DNA from: Euglena gracilis
Taxonomy: Eukaryota
NCBI GenBank assembly: GCA_039621445.1
Contig: CP154954.1
Location: 6,831,425 to 6,895,424 of the forward strand
DNA: 64,000 bases
Direction of reading: 5' to 3'
The notes under the pieces: model-generated
The model's input: the letters and a program-made list of their open reading frames with translations, nothing else
Told to the model about the DNA's origin: nothing
Databases searched by the model: none
Shown here: positions 1 through 13,881 of the stretch, piece by piece
How the letters are laid out: every line of letters starts with the position of its first letter
How positions within the stretch are numbered: position 1 is the first letter of the stretch
Program-made: the position numbers and the translations under genes

Positions 1-418
1 CATGGGGTTTGGGTTTGGTTTCAAAATGCTGCTGAAATAATGAAGCCGAACATTACCACATTGCACAGACCCCACACTACACACTGTATACAACGACAGC
101 GAGCCACGACAAGGTTCAAAATATGCGGGGGTTGAGTGGGGTACCCAGCAGGTGGGGTATCCATTGCGAAGCTTGGAGACCTTCATCTACGGGTGGGCAG
201 TTGCCACCCTTTGTGCTGTCCTCCTTGCCATACGCCAGGGTTGGTCCCAAGAGAACAGTCTGTTTTGCAACTCAGTGTTCCAGTATCGACTCTCTGCGTG
301 ATGGGCAAACTGGTGTCCGACCCAAGCCTGTACCAGGTTCAATGGTGGAATTTTGGATTGAACTCGGGCTTTCTGTGGGAGAGAAGAAAGAGGCCAAGAA
401 GCACACTCCCTGACTCCC

Positions 419-3400
419 GGTACCCGCTCCTCTTCGCGGCCGCCAGCAACCAGGTGGACATCGTGCGGTGCATCCTTGCCACCCGGCGCACGACGCGCCG
501 CCGCAAACAACACCACGTCAAGAATGAAACCAGGGTGACGGATCAACCACAGCAGAAACTCCTCTGTGCTGTGCTGTGTCAGAAAGCACCCACCTTTTCA
601 TTGAATTCTCTTCTGGGCCAGTGCTCCAGATTTTTAAGGCATTTCTTTCCAAGGGCGGTCCAAGTGCCATCCCTACATCGGACTAGGCTCAAACCCAAAA
701 AAATAGAAAATTAGATATTTTTTTCCGAAATTGGATGCATTGACATTGTTCCAGCGATTCCATTCCAAATTATTTTTTTCCTGCAGTTTTCCAGATTTGG
801 CCGAGATTCAGCGACTTCATTTTTGCTAGGTTTTCAAACAATTTGCTGGAGTGTTTTTTAAAAGGTCATTACCATTTTTTTTATTGCATGAAAAAAAAAA
901 ACAACAACGGCATGGAACCAACCTCGGCGGGATGCAAGATTCAACAAGGGGCAGCAGGTTGTTGGTGTTGGTGAATTTTTGGTGGCGGGCCCATCTTCCC
1001 TCTGACGATCGATCACCACTGTGGACCGCTTTGGCAACACCGCCCTCCACCTCGCAGTTATCCACGGCCAGGGACTCTCTTTGTTTGTCTGGTGTGCGCC
1101 ACAAACATACAGTCACTCAATCACGAACCGAAAACTCTTTCGGGGGGTTTGTTTTTTACCGAACCCCCCCCCCCCGGTTTTGGCACCGGAAACTATTTCA
1201 GGCAAAAAATTGTTATGCAGGCCCATTGTGAACCCGTGGACCACGTGTGACCACGTGTGACCATGTGTGACCCACCAAACCCACTGCAAAATTAACTGCT
1301 GGGATCGAGACCTCCCGATTCACACGCTGCCCCACCCACCCACGCAAACACTGACTTTTCTCATTTGCTGCTTGGGTGCTGTCCCTGCGGCTGAGCTGCC
1401 GGACATCTACACCCAGCCGCCTCCCCTGCCCCTGTCTTCATGCATTGTTCTTCTTTGGATGTCTAGAGGCCAGAGTTTTGTGGTGAAGCGTTGCACAGCC
1501 CTAACCAAGGAACTACTCAAGCGTCGTTTTCAATGCACCTGAAAGAAGACTCCATTTGGCCCTGGACCTTTCATATTTTTCACCGAATATGTCGATCCGT
1601 CAGCTGTTGGAGGGACTGATGCTGTCGCTCCCCCGAGATGTGGGGGGGATGCTCTGCTTCTCAGCATCCATTGGGAGTCAGGTGGGGCGGTTGCCCCCGA
1701 CTTCGTACTGGAGGAAATGTACCGTTCAGGTTGTCTTTGCCAACAGCATTATTACCCAGCTGAGAAGGGTTGAAAGGTGTTCTATGGTTTTTGTTTTCTT
1801 CGTCGTCTTCGTCATTTTTCTTCGTCGTTTTTGGGTCTTCAGGTCCCAAGCTTTATCACTTCCCTGCTGCTTTGTTTTCCGTTTTGGGACCCCAACACGC
1901 GCGGTAGTATGTTGAATGCTTTACCTCCATGGCAAGGCACACGTTGAACCATCCGGGCATATGTTTAGGGCGTTGTTTGATGAGTTATGATTAACTTCCA
2001 CCTTCAGTCGTTCTCTGGGCCCCTTGTGGTCCCAATCGCTGTGCGTCTGATGCAATCACACCCATCTCGTCTCGTGTTGCTCCGTCTCAACCCACAACAA
2101 GAAATATGTACGAATCATCTTGAGTTGTTCTCGCCAACTTGGTTGCACGCGTCACTCAACTGCAAAGTTGTGCACGTCACATGTGTGGGCACACGCAGCG
2201 GCACGCATTTTGGCTGTGCAATATTTACCCCAGTTTTTTGTTCAGGGGCTTTCGGCCCTCAGGGGGCCGCCTTCTGGAACGGAGGCGAAGCAGCACCAGC
2301 CTGGGTCCGCCAGGGGCTCTCCGCAGTGGACGTCCGGCGGCTCTTCAACGCGGAGGGGCTGACCCCCCTCGCCCTCGCCGCCGCCATGGGGCAGGACCGC
2401 ATGTTCCGCCCAGCCGGCGGAGGTCGTATGCCCCCCCCCCCCGACGACAACCACCGCCGCATCGGTTCAGCCAACCCCTCATACCTACCCCCCCCCCCCG
2501 GGAAACTGTCATGCCCGAGAACCTGTCACGGTCAGGCACCTACGGCCGACCAGGGCCGACTTGCGTGTGGTTTGCCGACCGAAGGGGAATGGATGAAGGA
2601 ATTCGGCAGCTTTCCCTCTGTCTGTCTCCGTCCCCCTCCGGGAGGTGTGTGACTCCCCTGGAGCCGAAGGTATCGTGCCCCTGCTGCATACCTGCGTACA
2701 GCCTCCCCATTGGTGCTGTGTTCCTCCCTGGCTCGTCTGGCCTTTCCTGAGTGACTCCCTGGAGTGGATGCTCCAGTGGGAGAGGGAGGTTATGGGGGGA
2801 ATCTTAAGTTGTGGGATAAACGGGCGACTGTGGTCGCGGTTGTACGCATGTGCATGATCATGTGCATCCGTGGATGCTTGTGGGGCATGTGAATCCGAGG
2901 ATGCTTGTAGGGGTGTGCATACTGTGCACCCCTGATTGTTGGATGCCATGATTGGCATCCAACGAGCCGCGAATTTAATACACAAAGTCGCGAGTTGGAT
3001 GTCGAGGAAGGTTGGCTGGAGGCCAAGAAGCGGGACCCCCGGGAAGTGTGACCCCCCAAAGGCCTTTGCTGACCAGCGTCCTCTCCTTCAGTGGAGGAAG
3101 CTGCGCAGTACCCTTCCAGTGCCCCTACTGTATTTGTGTGCCTGATTCCTGCACGAGTCGCATGCCGCCTTGTGTACAGCAAATAGCTGCAGCCGATGGA
3201 TGCCCTGCCTCCCACCCGCGTGGCAGTGTGCCAGGGGTGTTTTTTGGACAAGCTCGAGAGGGCAGAAGCCCAGTGACGCTGTCATTGACAGTGCTGTCAC
3301 CTTGACCCTGACACTAACCTTCACCTCACCGTGACTGACTCTGTGGCATGCTCTTTTGTAGTGTGGCCGATGCAAAGTGTGAGCAACGAGGATTTTGTGT

Positions 3401-6400
3401 GGATGTGCCTGATGGTTGCCTGGGGGACTAAACCCATTTTTGGATAATTTTCTCACAAATCTCCAGTTTTTCACCCATTTTGGCCATTATGGACCAGTTT
3501 TTGCTAATTTGCGGGCTATTTGTCACTGATTTGGCAAATATTGGGCTAATTTGGGTCAATCTGAGCATTTTTTATGGCATTGTGGCCATTTTGCGCCCTT
3601 TTGGTAATTTTGGGTCATTTTTCACAATCTTTTGTGGATTTTGTTGGCGTTTGTGGGTAATTTTTGGTTATTTCAAGCCATTTTAGGTCATTTTGGTTGC
3701 TTTTGGGGAGCCAGTGGAGGCCTTATGGGGCACTTCCTCTTGATCTTGGCAAGACAATTCAGAAAATCATTGCATCCCTTCACATTTTTTTTCTGTGAAG
3801 GATACCCCCACCTATGGCCGACTATTTGCCGACCAGGGCCGACCAGGGCCGACCAGGGCCGACCAGGGCCGACCAGGGCCGACCAGAGCACCAAAATAGG
3901 AAGTGACCATAGGTGCCTGGTCACGGTCCCGCCCGGGAAACTGTCAGGGTCCCCGGTACCGGCCAACCTGTCAGGGTCATTTTTCATTGACTTTCCCTTG
4001 AAATGCCCTACCCGGGAAACTCTCAGGGTCCCGCCCGGGAAACTGTCAGGGTCCCTGGTACTGGCCAACCTGTCAGTATAGGAAGTTGTCAGGGTCCTCG
4101 GTACTGGCCAACCTGTCAGGTGACAGTTTCCCGGGGGGGGGGGGGTATGACTGCCCCACTTGGTTCAACAGCCAACCAGACGTTTGTGGTGCCGAGAGGA
4201 ACAGCACCAAAATCACAGGAACAGCCTTGCAAGAAATACAGAGACAGCTGCTGAGGACGGCCAACCTGTCATGATTGGAAGTTGTCAGCGTCCCCTGTGC
4301 CTGCCGACCCTGTGAGGTGACAGTCGACCTAGGGGGGAGGGGGGTAGGTAGCTTGGCGAACAGCGTTGAAAAGCATGGGGTTCATCAGCATCTGCCTTCC
4401 GGTGGCTGACCGGAGCACATCCTGGCGAAGTCCTCCGTCGTTGCATGGGATTATGGCCCTGTACAGCTTTGGACGTCTAAACACCCGCCTGAGGAGGTAT
4501 CCACTCAAATCGATCCTCTGGTCTGTGAAAGACAAAAGCCAATGAGAATTTTCGACGTTCTGTGAAAAATTGGCTTTCACAACCCCCCACGCAGTGCACC
4601 TACTGCCTGGATGATTGACGCTGCTCTTGTCCACCCCCGTGTGCTTTTCATTTGTCAAGCAGCAAAAGTCGACCGATGGGGGGAACATGGGGAGTTTTTA
4701 TGTTGTTTGTGTCAGGAGATCTGCCCGAGTTTCTTGCTGGAACCATCCCAAAAGGCGATTTCTCTCCATTGCAAAATAGTATCTCTCTTACAATGCCAAT
4801 TTCAACACATGAAAAAGCTGTATTTTTTGTAAAAAATATTTAAAGACATGATTTTTCAGGAGGTACCCCCCCACTATGTCCAACGACCCCCCTATGTCCA
4901 ATGACCACCCCCCCCCCCCGGTCAGAGGACACCTTTTCGGAGGTTTGACCCAATTTTTGGTCCCGGTGTGAAGCGCCGGGACGAAAAATTTTGCCCAAAC
5001 ATTGGCCAAAAATTTGGCTAAAATGCCATTTTTGACACTTTTTGGACAAAAATTTGTCAAAATTGCCCAAAATTTTCGGCGCAAAGCGCCGGAAGGGAAA
5101 ATTTGGGCATTTTTGGGTGGGTAGGGACCCGGGTACCCAGCAACTTTCTTTTGACCCCATGTCCAACGACCACCCCCCCCGGTCAGAGGACACCTTTTTT
5201 GGTCACTACCCTATGTCCAACGACCACCCCCCCGGTCAGAGGACAGAGGTCATTGGACATAGGGGGGGGGGACGTTTAAGTCGAAGGGTTAACCTACATG
5301 TTTTGGGAGGTATTCATTGTGGAGAGGTTTATTTGCCCCACCCTTCGAGGTATTCCTTCCCGAGCAATTAAAAAAAATGTACCTGACTTCCTGTCACTCC
5401 AAAAGCTACCACAGCACCCAGGTGGCTTAAAATGGACCCCCCAGACATGGACCATGAACCAAGTAGACCTCCGCCACGAAAGGAAGACCTCCTGGGCTGA
5501 CCAAATAAAAGTCCAGAATCAACCCCCCATTTAAGACATCAACTAAATGATCGAAGCACCAGGATGATGTGGGAGAAATCGCTGATTATTGTCCCAAAAG
5601 CCCATTTGGAAACACAGTGAAAATGTTTGATGTTCTAGCAACAGATGCAAAAACAACATTCTTGGGTTACAAAAACTCTTTGCTAATTTCCCGCCAGGTA
5701 AGGATTTTACGCCTAACCTTGGACCCCCTCCCATAATTGCCCCTCCCTCAAATGGACCTTTGGAAGCACTGGGTCCTGGAAAGAAGGTGCTGGACCTAAA
5801 CCACGACATCCCAGGCTGACCCCATCACCTGCAAGCTGTTTCCCCTTGGAGGCCTTGAGCAGCCGTTCATTGACACGAAGACTGGAGTAGCCGTGAAGAC
5901 TGCCATTGCTTGCCTATGTTCAGGGGCCCAAAATCCCACTCAGGCTTGGGGAACAATTTTTTTTTAGATTTCTTTCATTGACTTTGGTCCTGACCATGAA
6001 CACACCACAAAGGTAACCAAAAACCACAATAATGTTTGTTATGTGGTGATGATTTACACAACAGCTGGTAAGGCTTGAAAAAACAAACACAGAATGCGAT
6101 ATTTTAAATATAAGGTTCAATTTTTCAAATGAATGACAACAAAGGAATGGCAAACAATTAATATTTAGATGTGAATGGTGGAATTGCGAAAAAAGTATTC
6201 AAATATTGACAACAGTAATGCCTGATTTTAACTTTTAAGGGGAGTAGGTGGGTCCCCCCCAGGAGGGTAATTGAAACCCCAAAGTGGGCCCCTGACCGCC
6301 TCCCCCCCCCCAGGGGTGGGGGTACCCCAGGCTCAGGTATGAGGAGGGCGTACGGGGTTTATGTCAGGATTGTCCTCCACCCCCCCCCTCCTGGGCCTGA

Positions 6401-9400
6401 GTGGGCGCGTGCCAGGGTGGGTCCAGACCAACCCCAGGGGGGTTACCCCCTCCTGAAAGGCCAAAATTTTCCTTTCGGTGCTTACCGTCGAAAATCTTTT
6501 GCATTTTTGAAAAATTGTTGTCCAAAGAGTGTGCCAAAAGTGGCACTTTTTTGGCCATTTTGAGTGTGAAAATCGGAGTCGAAAATCGGTCGCCCGGACC
6601 GTGCCATTGTTCAGGTGGGGTCCCAGACCATAGGGAGGGGAGTCCTTGTGGACCCCCCATCTGCCTTTATATCGAAACCTGGGGCACCCCCCCCCGTTCT
6701 TAAAAGGAAGCCTAACACATGCCCACGCACAAACCCACACTGTGCTCCCACCCACCCACACAAACACATACACACACATACCCGCATGTATGTGTTTATT
6801 CAATACATTTCTATACATATTTGATTTTTGGTTGTTTTTTTTCGACATCCTGATTTGGGTGTTGCCGGCCGGATTGTATTTTACCCACAGATGGATGCCC
6901 ATCCCCCCCCCTGCCTGGCCCTGTCACACAGTGCCTCAAACTCGCAGACAGCCGCATCCCCCGTCACGTGGAGCAAGTAAAGTGGTTCCGGTTGGCACGC
7001 GTAAGTCTTTTTTTTGCTCACATTTTTAGCATTTTTTTGACACAAAAAATGTCGGCATAATGCAAAAAAATAATATAGGTAAACCCCAGTTTATTATTTA
7101 AACACTCGAAGTCGTGGTCCAGGGGGAGGTTTATTATTTGGGGGGTTATTATTTGGGCAAAGTTTTCGAAGTAAAAAATCGACCCGAAAACCAGGTTTTG
7201 AATAGAGCTGAGATCTTGATGGACACGTAATGGAAAGCCGAAAAGATTGCAAATTTCGTGTAATTTATGATTTATAAATTGCACACCTGCAGTTTACGGT
7301 AACTTTCAGTGATTTTACAGTTATTTCTGAAATGTTACCCCCCCCCCATGTTCCCCATACCCATTTTCTTGGATTTTCTGACTGTTTTGAACCAGTAATG
7401 ACCCAAACTCCATGGGTTTCGGGCCAGAAACAGGGGGCGGGGGGGGTCGAAAAACGCTCATTTTTGGCTCGAAAACAGGTTTTCCGGGTCTGGGAGGCAA
7501 GAAAATCATCGCTTCGGGCAAAAACATTTTCGATTTTTTTTCGACTTTTTTTTTAACCCAAAAATGGCCTAAAATCTCATCAAAATAGGCCAAAATTGTA
7601 CAAAATGGTCAAATCAGCCACAATGTTGTGGGGAAATCGAGGTACTGTTGGGTAGGGCACTTTTAGGGCTTCTATTTGGGTCTCCCGACATTTCCTTTGT
7701 CTTTGCTTCATTTCCAAGATGCCTTGGAAGCATCGGTTTTTTTGACCCCGAACACGCCCAAAATGGCTTCTGAAATGGGCCAAAATTGGCCGAAAAATGG
7801 CTGTAACTCGGGCTACACGAAGAGTTGGGGGAAAGGTAACCATGGGTGGATAGGGCATTCCAAGGGCTTCATTTTTGCTCTCTGGACATTTTCTTTAATT
7901 TTGTTTCATTGTCGAGATATTTTGGAAAAATCATTGTTTTTTTTTGAGCAAAAAAACGGCCCCCAAATCACCCCAAATTGGCTGTTTTGGGCACAAAAGT
8001 GCGCCGGAACAAAACAGCAACCGGGGGGCGATAGAGGGTCTCCAGCGGCACATTTCGTCAGACCGACTCTAACAGAGATAATGCATGTTTCCTCGAGATA
8101 TTTTTGAAAATTTGTTTTTTTGACCGATTTTGACCGGCGAAATGGCAGAGTCGGAAGAAGGGGGCGGGCCAATCCTACCCAGTTTGGACCCCTTCGCGGC
8201 TGAATAACTCGGGCCTGGTGGGGAGTTGGGTCAAACGGAGGAGATTCGGAAATTAGAAATCCAGTCGCTCGCGAAAAAAAAAATTCCGGGAACCAGGCGA
8301 GATCATGGTAATCCGCCGGTTCCCGAGGTTGCCCGAACCCCGCGGGGTTCGGGGAGGGCGGGGGGGGGTCTGCCCCCCCTTTTCCCCAGGGGTACCCATA
8401 AAGGGATAAGAGCTCAGTCTAAAATCAATTTTGGCCATTTTGTACTGTTTTGGCCTGTTTTGGCGTGGCAATTTTGGGGCGTCTTTGGTCAAAAAAAAGT
8501 TTAAAAAATCTGATGTTTTTTTGGCCTCCCGGACCTGGAAGACCTGTTTTTGATCCGAAAATGAGCGTTTTCTGACACGCCAGCGCCCCGTTTTTGGCCC
8601 GAAACCCATGGACTTTCGGTCAAAAACAGGTCAAAAAAGTCGAACTGAAATCTCTGAAAGTCACTGTAAATTTGCAAGTGTGTCATTTGTAAATTATAAA
8701 TTGTGCGAAATTTGCAATGCTAGTCTGTTCGGCCTTCCATTACGTTCAAATCTCATTAAGAGCTCAGCATTATTCAAAACCTGGTTATCATTTGGGGGGT
8801 TTACTGGAGTTTGACTGTTTTTTTTTTTTGGCACATGGTGGTTTACAAAATTTTTTTAAACCTTACATCGGAGTTTGTTTGTTTACCTTCGGTCTGTGTC
8901 ACCTGCAGACAAAGCTTTGCACCAGTCACCGCCGGAAGGAGCATCCCAAAGTTGACCTGTGTCCACGTCCGAGCCGGCAACTTTAGCCAGCCCTAAACAA
9001 ACTCCGGGGCCACGCGCCACGCCTGGACCTCGTGGTCAGCGCGGAGGTGCGGCAGGTGCTGGACAAGAAGTGGGACGCGTTCGGGCAGCGGATGTTCTAC
9101 CGGAAGCTGGCGGTGGCCCTCGGCACCGTGCTGGCCTGGACCGCCGCCAGCATCGTGCCCGTCCAGGGGACCTCCGACGCTGTTTGTCAATGAAAGTACA
9201 TTGAGCAAACCCACTCCGAAATTTCTTGGGTGTCTTGTTTACAAACAAAAAAACTGCCAATGTTGATCTCGCTCGCGTAGCAACCTCTTTGGTTTGCTGT
9301 CTCGGCTAGAGAAGGCTTCCTTTGGAAGGCCCTGTGTGCATAAACGTAATGTTTTTTTGTTAAAGTTGCGATCTGGAATGGCTGGCAGAGCGATCCTGAA

Positions 9401-12400
9401 TCACGTCAGATTTTGGATTACTCCTCAGCCCGAATCACTTCTTCATATGACTGCTGGTGGACTCAGTCACACAAGTAGCTGTTTGTCACGGATTACTCTG
9501 CGCGCCAACCATTATCGCTGCGCCGGTCACAGCCCAGAGGACCATTCAGGCTGGAGCGGTAGCCGCAGAGAGATGAGTTGAAAACCTTTGAAAAAAAATT
9601 GGTGTATTTTTCTGTTTTTGCTGGTTTTCCTTTTGATGATGCACAGTGTTTTTATTCCTCTTCAGTTGAGAGTCCCACCCCCCCCTCGCAGCTCTGGTCT
9701 AGGCCCACCCGCTTGCCAACCTCGTCATCCGCATGCTGGAGCTGCTTGCCCTGCTGCCTGTCATGTGGCGGGCAGGCTGGTTCGCCTGGAGCTGTCGCCC
9801 ATCCAGCCGACTGCGTGTCGCCGAGGGAGACTTCTGGCCTCTCCCCATCCCGTTGTTGATGGGTCGCTTTCCGGAGCACCTATGACTTTTGTTTTTACCC
9901 TTTGTGGAATTTGGTTATTATTAATTAATTAATTATTAATTATTATTAATTGTTCAGCTGGAATTATCATTTCTACAAGCACATAAGCCCGTGCTGACGT
10001 AGGCGCGGAAATAGCCAATCCGGGCCAGGAGTCATCGTTCAATTCCCCTTTCCTCTCCAAGCACCTCTGATGATGCTGGGCGATGCTGGGCGATGCAGGG
10101 CGATGCTGGGCGATGCTGGGCGATGCTGGAATTTTGGAGACCAGAGGTGGGGTTCCGATGCTGGGCGATGCTGGGCGATGCAGGGCGATGCTGGGCGATG
10201 CTGGCATTTTTTTTGTACATTTTGAAGAATTAAACCCATTTCTGGGATAATTTCCCTACAATTCTCCAGTCTTACACCCATTTTGGCCATTATGGATCAA
10301 TTTTTGCTAATTTGGGAGTTATTTGTCACTGAGTTGGCAAATATTAGGCTAACTTGGGTCAATATGAGCATTTTATGGCATTGTGGGCCATTTGGTGCCT
10401 TTGTGGTGATTTTGGGTCATTTTTCACAATCTTTTGGCGTTTTTGGGCATTTTTTTGTTATTTGAAGCATTTTGGGTCGTTTTGGTTGCTTTTTGGGGGC
10501 TTTTTGTGGTCAATTTTGGGTTTTTGTGGTCATTTTTGGGCTTTTGTGGTTATTTTGGCTAGGTTGGGTGCCATTGGATGAATACTGGACAGATTCTGGA
10601 CAAGATGCAGATGCTGGACAAGGTGCAAGCGTTGGACAAGATGTACATACCAGACAAGATGCCGATGCTGGACAAGATGAAGTGGATGTAGATACTGGAC
10701 AACAGCAGATGGTGGACAAGATGTAGATACTGATAAGATGCCGATGCTGGACAAGGTGCCGATGCTGTACAAGGTGCAGATGCTGGACAAGATGCAAATG
10801 CTGGACAACATGCAGATGCTGGACAAGATGCAGATGCTGGACAAGAAGCAGATACTGGACAAGATGAAGTGGATGCAGACACCGGACAACGTTGCAAATA
10901 CTGATAAGGTGCCGATGCTGGACAAGGTGCCGATGCTGGACAAGATGCAGATGGTGGACAACATGCCGATGCTGGACAAGGTGAAGATGCTGGACAAGAT
11001 GCAGATGGTGGACAAGGTGCAGATGCAGACGCCATTTTGCTGTGTCCTTCCTTGGTTGTTGTTGGTATAACCTCTGAACATTTACACTCACCGCAGATCC
11101 AGCCTTGTCTAGGCGGGGTGTTTGGTCGACACCCCGTTGCAATTGCAGGGGTGCCACCCTCCACCCTCTAGCACAACAAGTGTTTTGGTATCTGTTTGTC
11201 TGACCGGCAAGAGGCTTGCAACTTGCACTCGATGTTGCCATCTCATAGGCCTGCACACCACATCTTGTGCTGCCAAAAAGCAGCAAAAGTGGTCAAAAAG
11301 TGGTCAAAAAGCAGGCAAAAGTGGGACAAAAGTGGTCAGAAAGCAGCAAAAGTGGTCAAAAAGCAGGCAAAAGTGGGCAAAGGTGGTCAAATAGCAACAA
11401 AGTGGTCAAAAAGCAGCAAAGGTGATCAAAAAGCAGCAACAATGGCCAAAAGTGGGCAAAAAAGTAGCAAACGTGGGCAAAAGTGGTCAAAAAGCAGCAA
11501 AAGTTGTCAAAAGTGGTCAAAAAGCAGGCAAAAGTGGTCAAAAGTGGTCAAAAAGCAGCAAAAGTTGTCAAAAGTGGTCAAAAAGCAGGCAAAAGTGGTC
11601 AAAAGTGGTCAAAAAGCAGCAAAAGTGATCGAAAAAGCTGCAAAGGTGGTTGGAAATGGGCAAAAGTGGGCAAAAAGCAGTAAAAGTGGTCAAGAAGCAG
11701 TCAAAATTGGTCAAAAGGCAGCAAATGTGGCCAAAAGCGTTCAAAAAGCAGTCACAGTGGTCAAAAAGCAACCAAAGATGGCCAAAAGTAGCCAAAAGTG
11801 GGCGAGAGCGGCAAAAGCAGGCATAAAAGGTACACCTTCAAGGGCTCCAAAGGCGATGCTGGGCGATGCTGGGCGATGCTGGGCGATGCTGAGCGATGCT
11901 GGGCGATGCTGGGCGATTCTGGGCGATGCTGGGCCTAGGGGCATGGATGACCAGAGGTGCTTGTTCCTCTCCACCCTGCAGCCTCCCAGCGGCTATCCAA
12001 CGATCCCTTGTCAAAAAAAAAACGGCCCCAACGGCCCGATGCACCTCAGCGAATCGTGCGGGTGCAGATTCCGAGTATTGCATCCAGGGATTTTTTTAAG
12101 TTTGGACCCCCCGGGGGGGGGTAGGGTGGGTGGGTCCGCCGGACCCCCTCCCCCCGGGGGGGGGGGCCCCCCCGGGGGGGGGGGGGGGGGGGGATATACT
12201 TTTCGGCGCCGCAGGCACCGAAAAAATTCTATTTTTAGCACTTTTCGCGATTTTTCGGCCATTTTTTTTGTGGGTCCCCCGGGACCCCCTCCCCCCCCAG
12301 GGGGGGTGGGTGGGTGGAGGGACCCCCCCTCCCCCCCCCCGGCCTTAAAAAAACCCCTGATTGCATCGCAACCTTTAAAACCAGGGCAGAGTTGGCCATT

Positions 12401-13848
12401 TGTCACAGCTGGAGAACGAGAAGTGCATCGTGGGCATTCAGAGAACCTCCCCCCCCCCTGCCTAATTGTTCAGCCCTCAGGCAGAGGGTGTCCCGTGGGT
12501 GCCCAGCAACCCTCCCCCCCCTGACTGACGCCTCCCTGCTCGGGAGACCCACGGCGCTGCGTCGGTGGAGGCGGCGCTGGGCAATGTGTTCCGCAGCCTG
12601 TACCTGGCCTCCCTGGCGTTCCGCCCAGCGCGACCATCGGGTTCTGTAGTAACAGGGAGGAGGAAGAAGTTCGCATTGAGGGAGAAGCTCTTGCAATTGA
12701 AGAAATGACTGTTTTTTCGTCCCTCTGAAGGCACTGGGTGTCGATTTGGTAATTTCCCATTTCCCCTCTCATTCTTTCTCAATGGTTTCCCCCCCCTTTA
12801 CTTTCTTTTCTGTTAAAATTTTCAGTTTTATTTTTCTATTTTTTTATTTATATTTTCTTCAATCCAATGGTCATGGCAAAAAAAATTTTTATTCTTCTCC
12901 TGCAGACAAAATAGCACTGTCCAAAACGGAGGTGTAAGGGCAAGCAGGGACTATCACCTGCACAGGTCTTGCTGCACGCGGTTCGCGGAAGAGCCAATGC
13001 TGGTTGATGTCACTGCCGCCTTTGCCGCTCTGACTGGCTGGCTGCATGTGTTCTTCTTCCTGTGCAGAGCGCTTCGGCATTGTTTGATCGATTTTTAGGT
13101 GACGATGTACGAGGCTGTGCTGCGATGGGTTGATGTCGGTGTTTGTTTGTGTCGGTCTGAGTTTACGCAGGGGTATGGATCTGTGGTGAGCAGGTGGTGG
13201 TCCGCCCTTCCAGGCCGTGCAGTTGTGGAATGGCGGTGCTCGCCTTCGTATTTCTTTTCAAAGCCGCAGTTTCCCTGTCACTGCTCGGCTTCCGGTCCAC
13301 GGGACCCTTCGTCATCATGATCAAGGAGATGGTGCAGTACGGGCTGGCCTGGGTGTGGAAGGACATCCACAGTGATCAGCTTGGAAGCGATCCCCCGTAT
13401 AACGACCGATTAGGGAGGATACCAGGGACCCTGACAACTTCCCCGTGACAAGGTGGCCGTTGCCAATGCCCCTGTGACAGTTTCGTGATTGGGCCTCGAC
13501 ATTCCAACGGTTTTGACTCAAACAGGTCGGCCAGTACACCGGCAGGGCAGGGCCGTGGGGGTGGGCACCCAGGTGCAGGCGGCGACCTCCGGCGCTTCCT
13601 CTCTGTCAACCTCGCCGTGCTGTTCGGCTTCACCATGTCGCTCCACATGCTGACCTCCAGCGCGGAGCACTGCGGCTTCGACGCTTTTGCGGAGCGCTTG
13701 TGTCCAGGGTGTGGGACGGGGCAACCACTTTTTTTTCCAAAGCACACCAACCATTCACCCCCCCCCCCCCAGTCGCCTAGGCTGCACTATCAGGGCAAGC
13801 GAGGACGAATTAATTTATGAATGAACATATATATAGTAGTTTACCATT

Positions 13849-13881
<33 letters not shown>

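Noticed and set aside
10510-11286. Long ORFs with HLVQH / MLDKMQ repeats
   Set aside because: Translations of an 18-bp minisatellite inside an intron; open in several frames on both strands.
11196-12524. 442-aa K/S-rich ORF, the longest in the track
   Set aside because: Runs through satellite DNA and a MITE with a clear TSD; no protein-like content.
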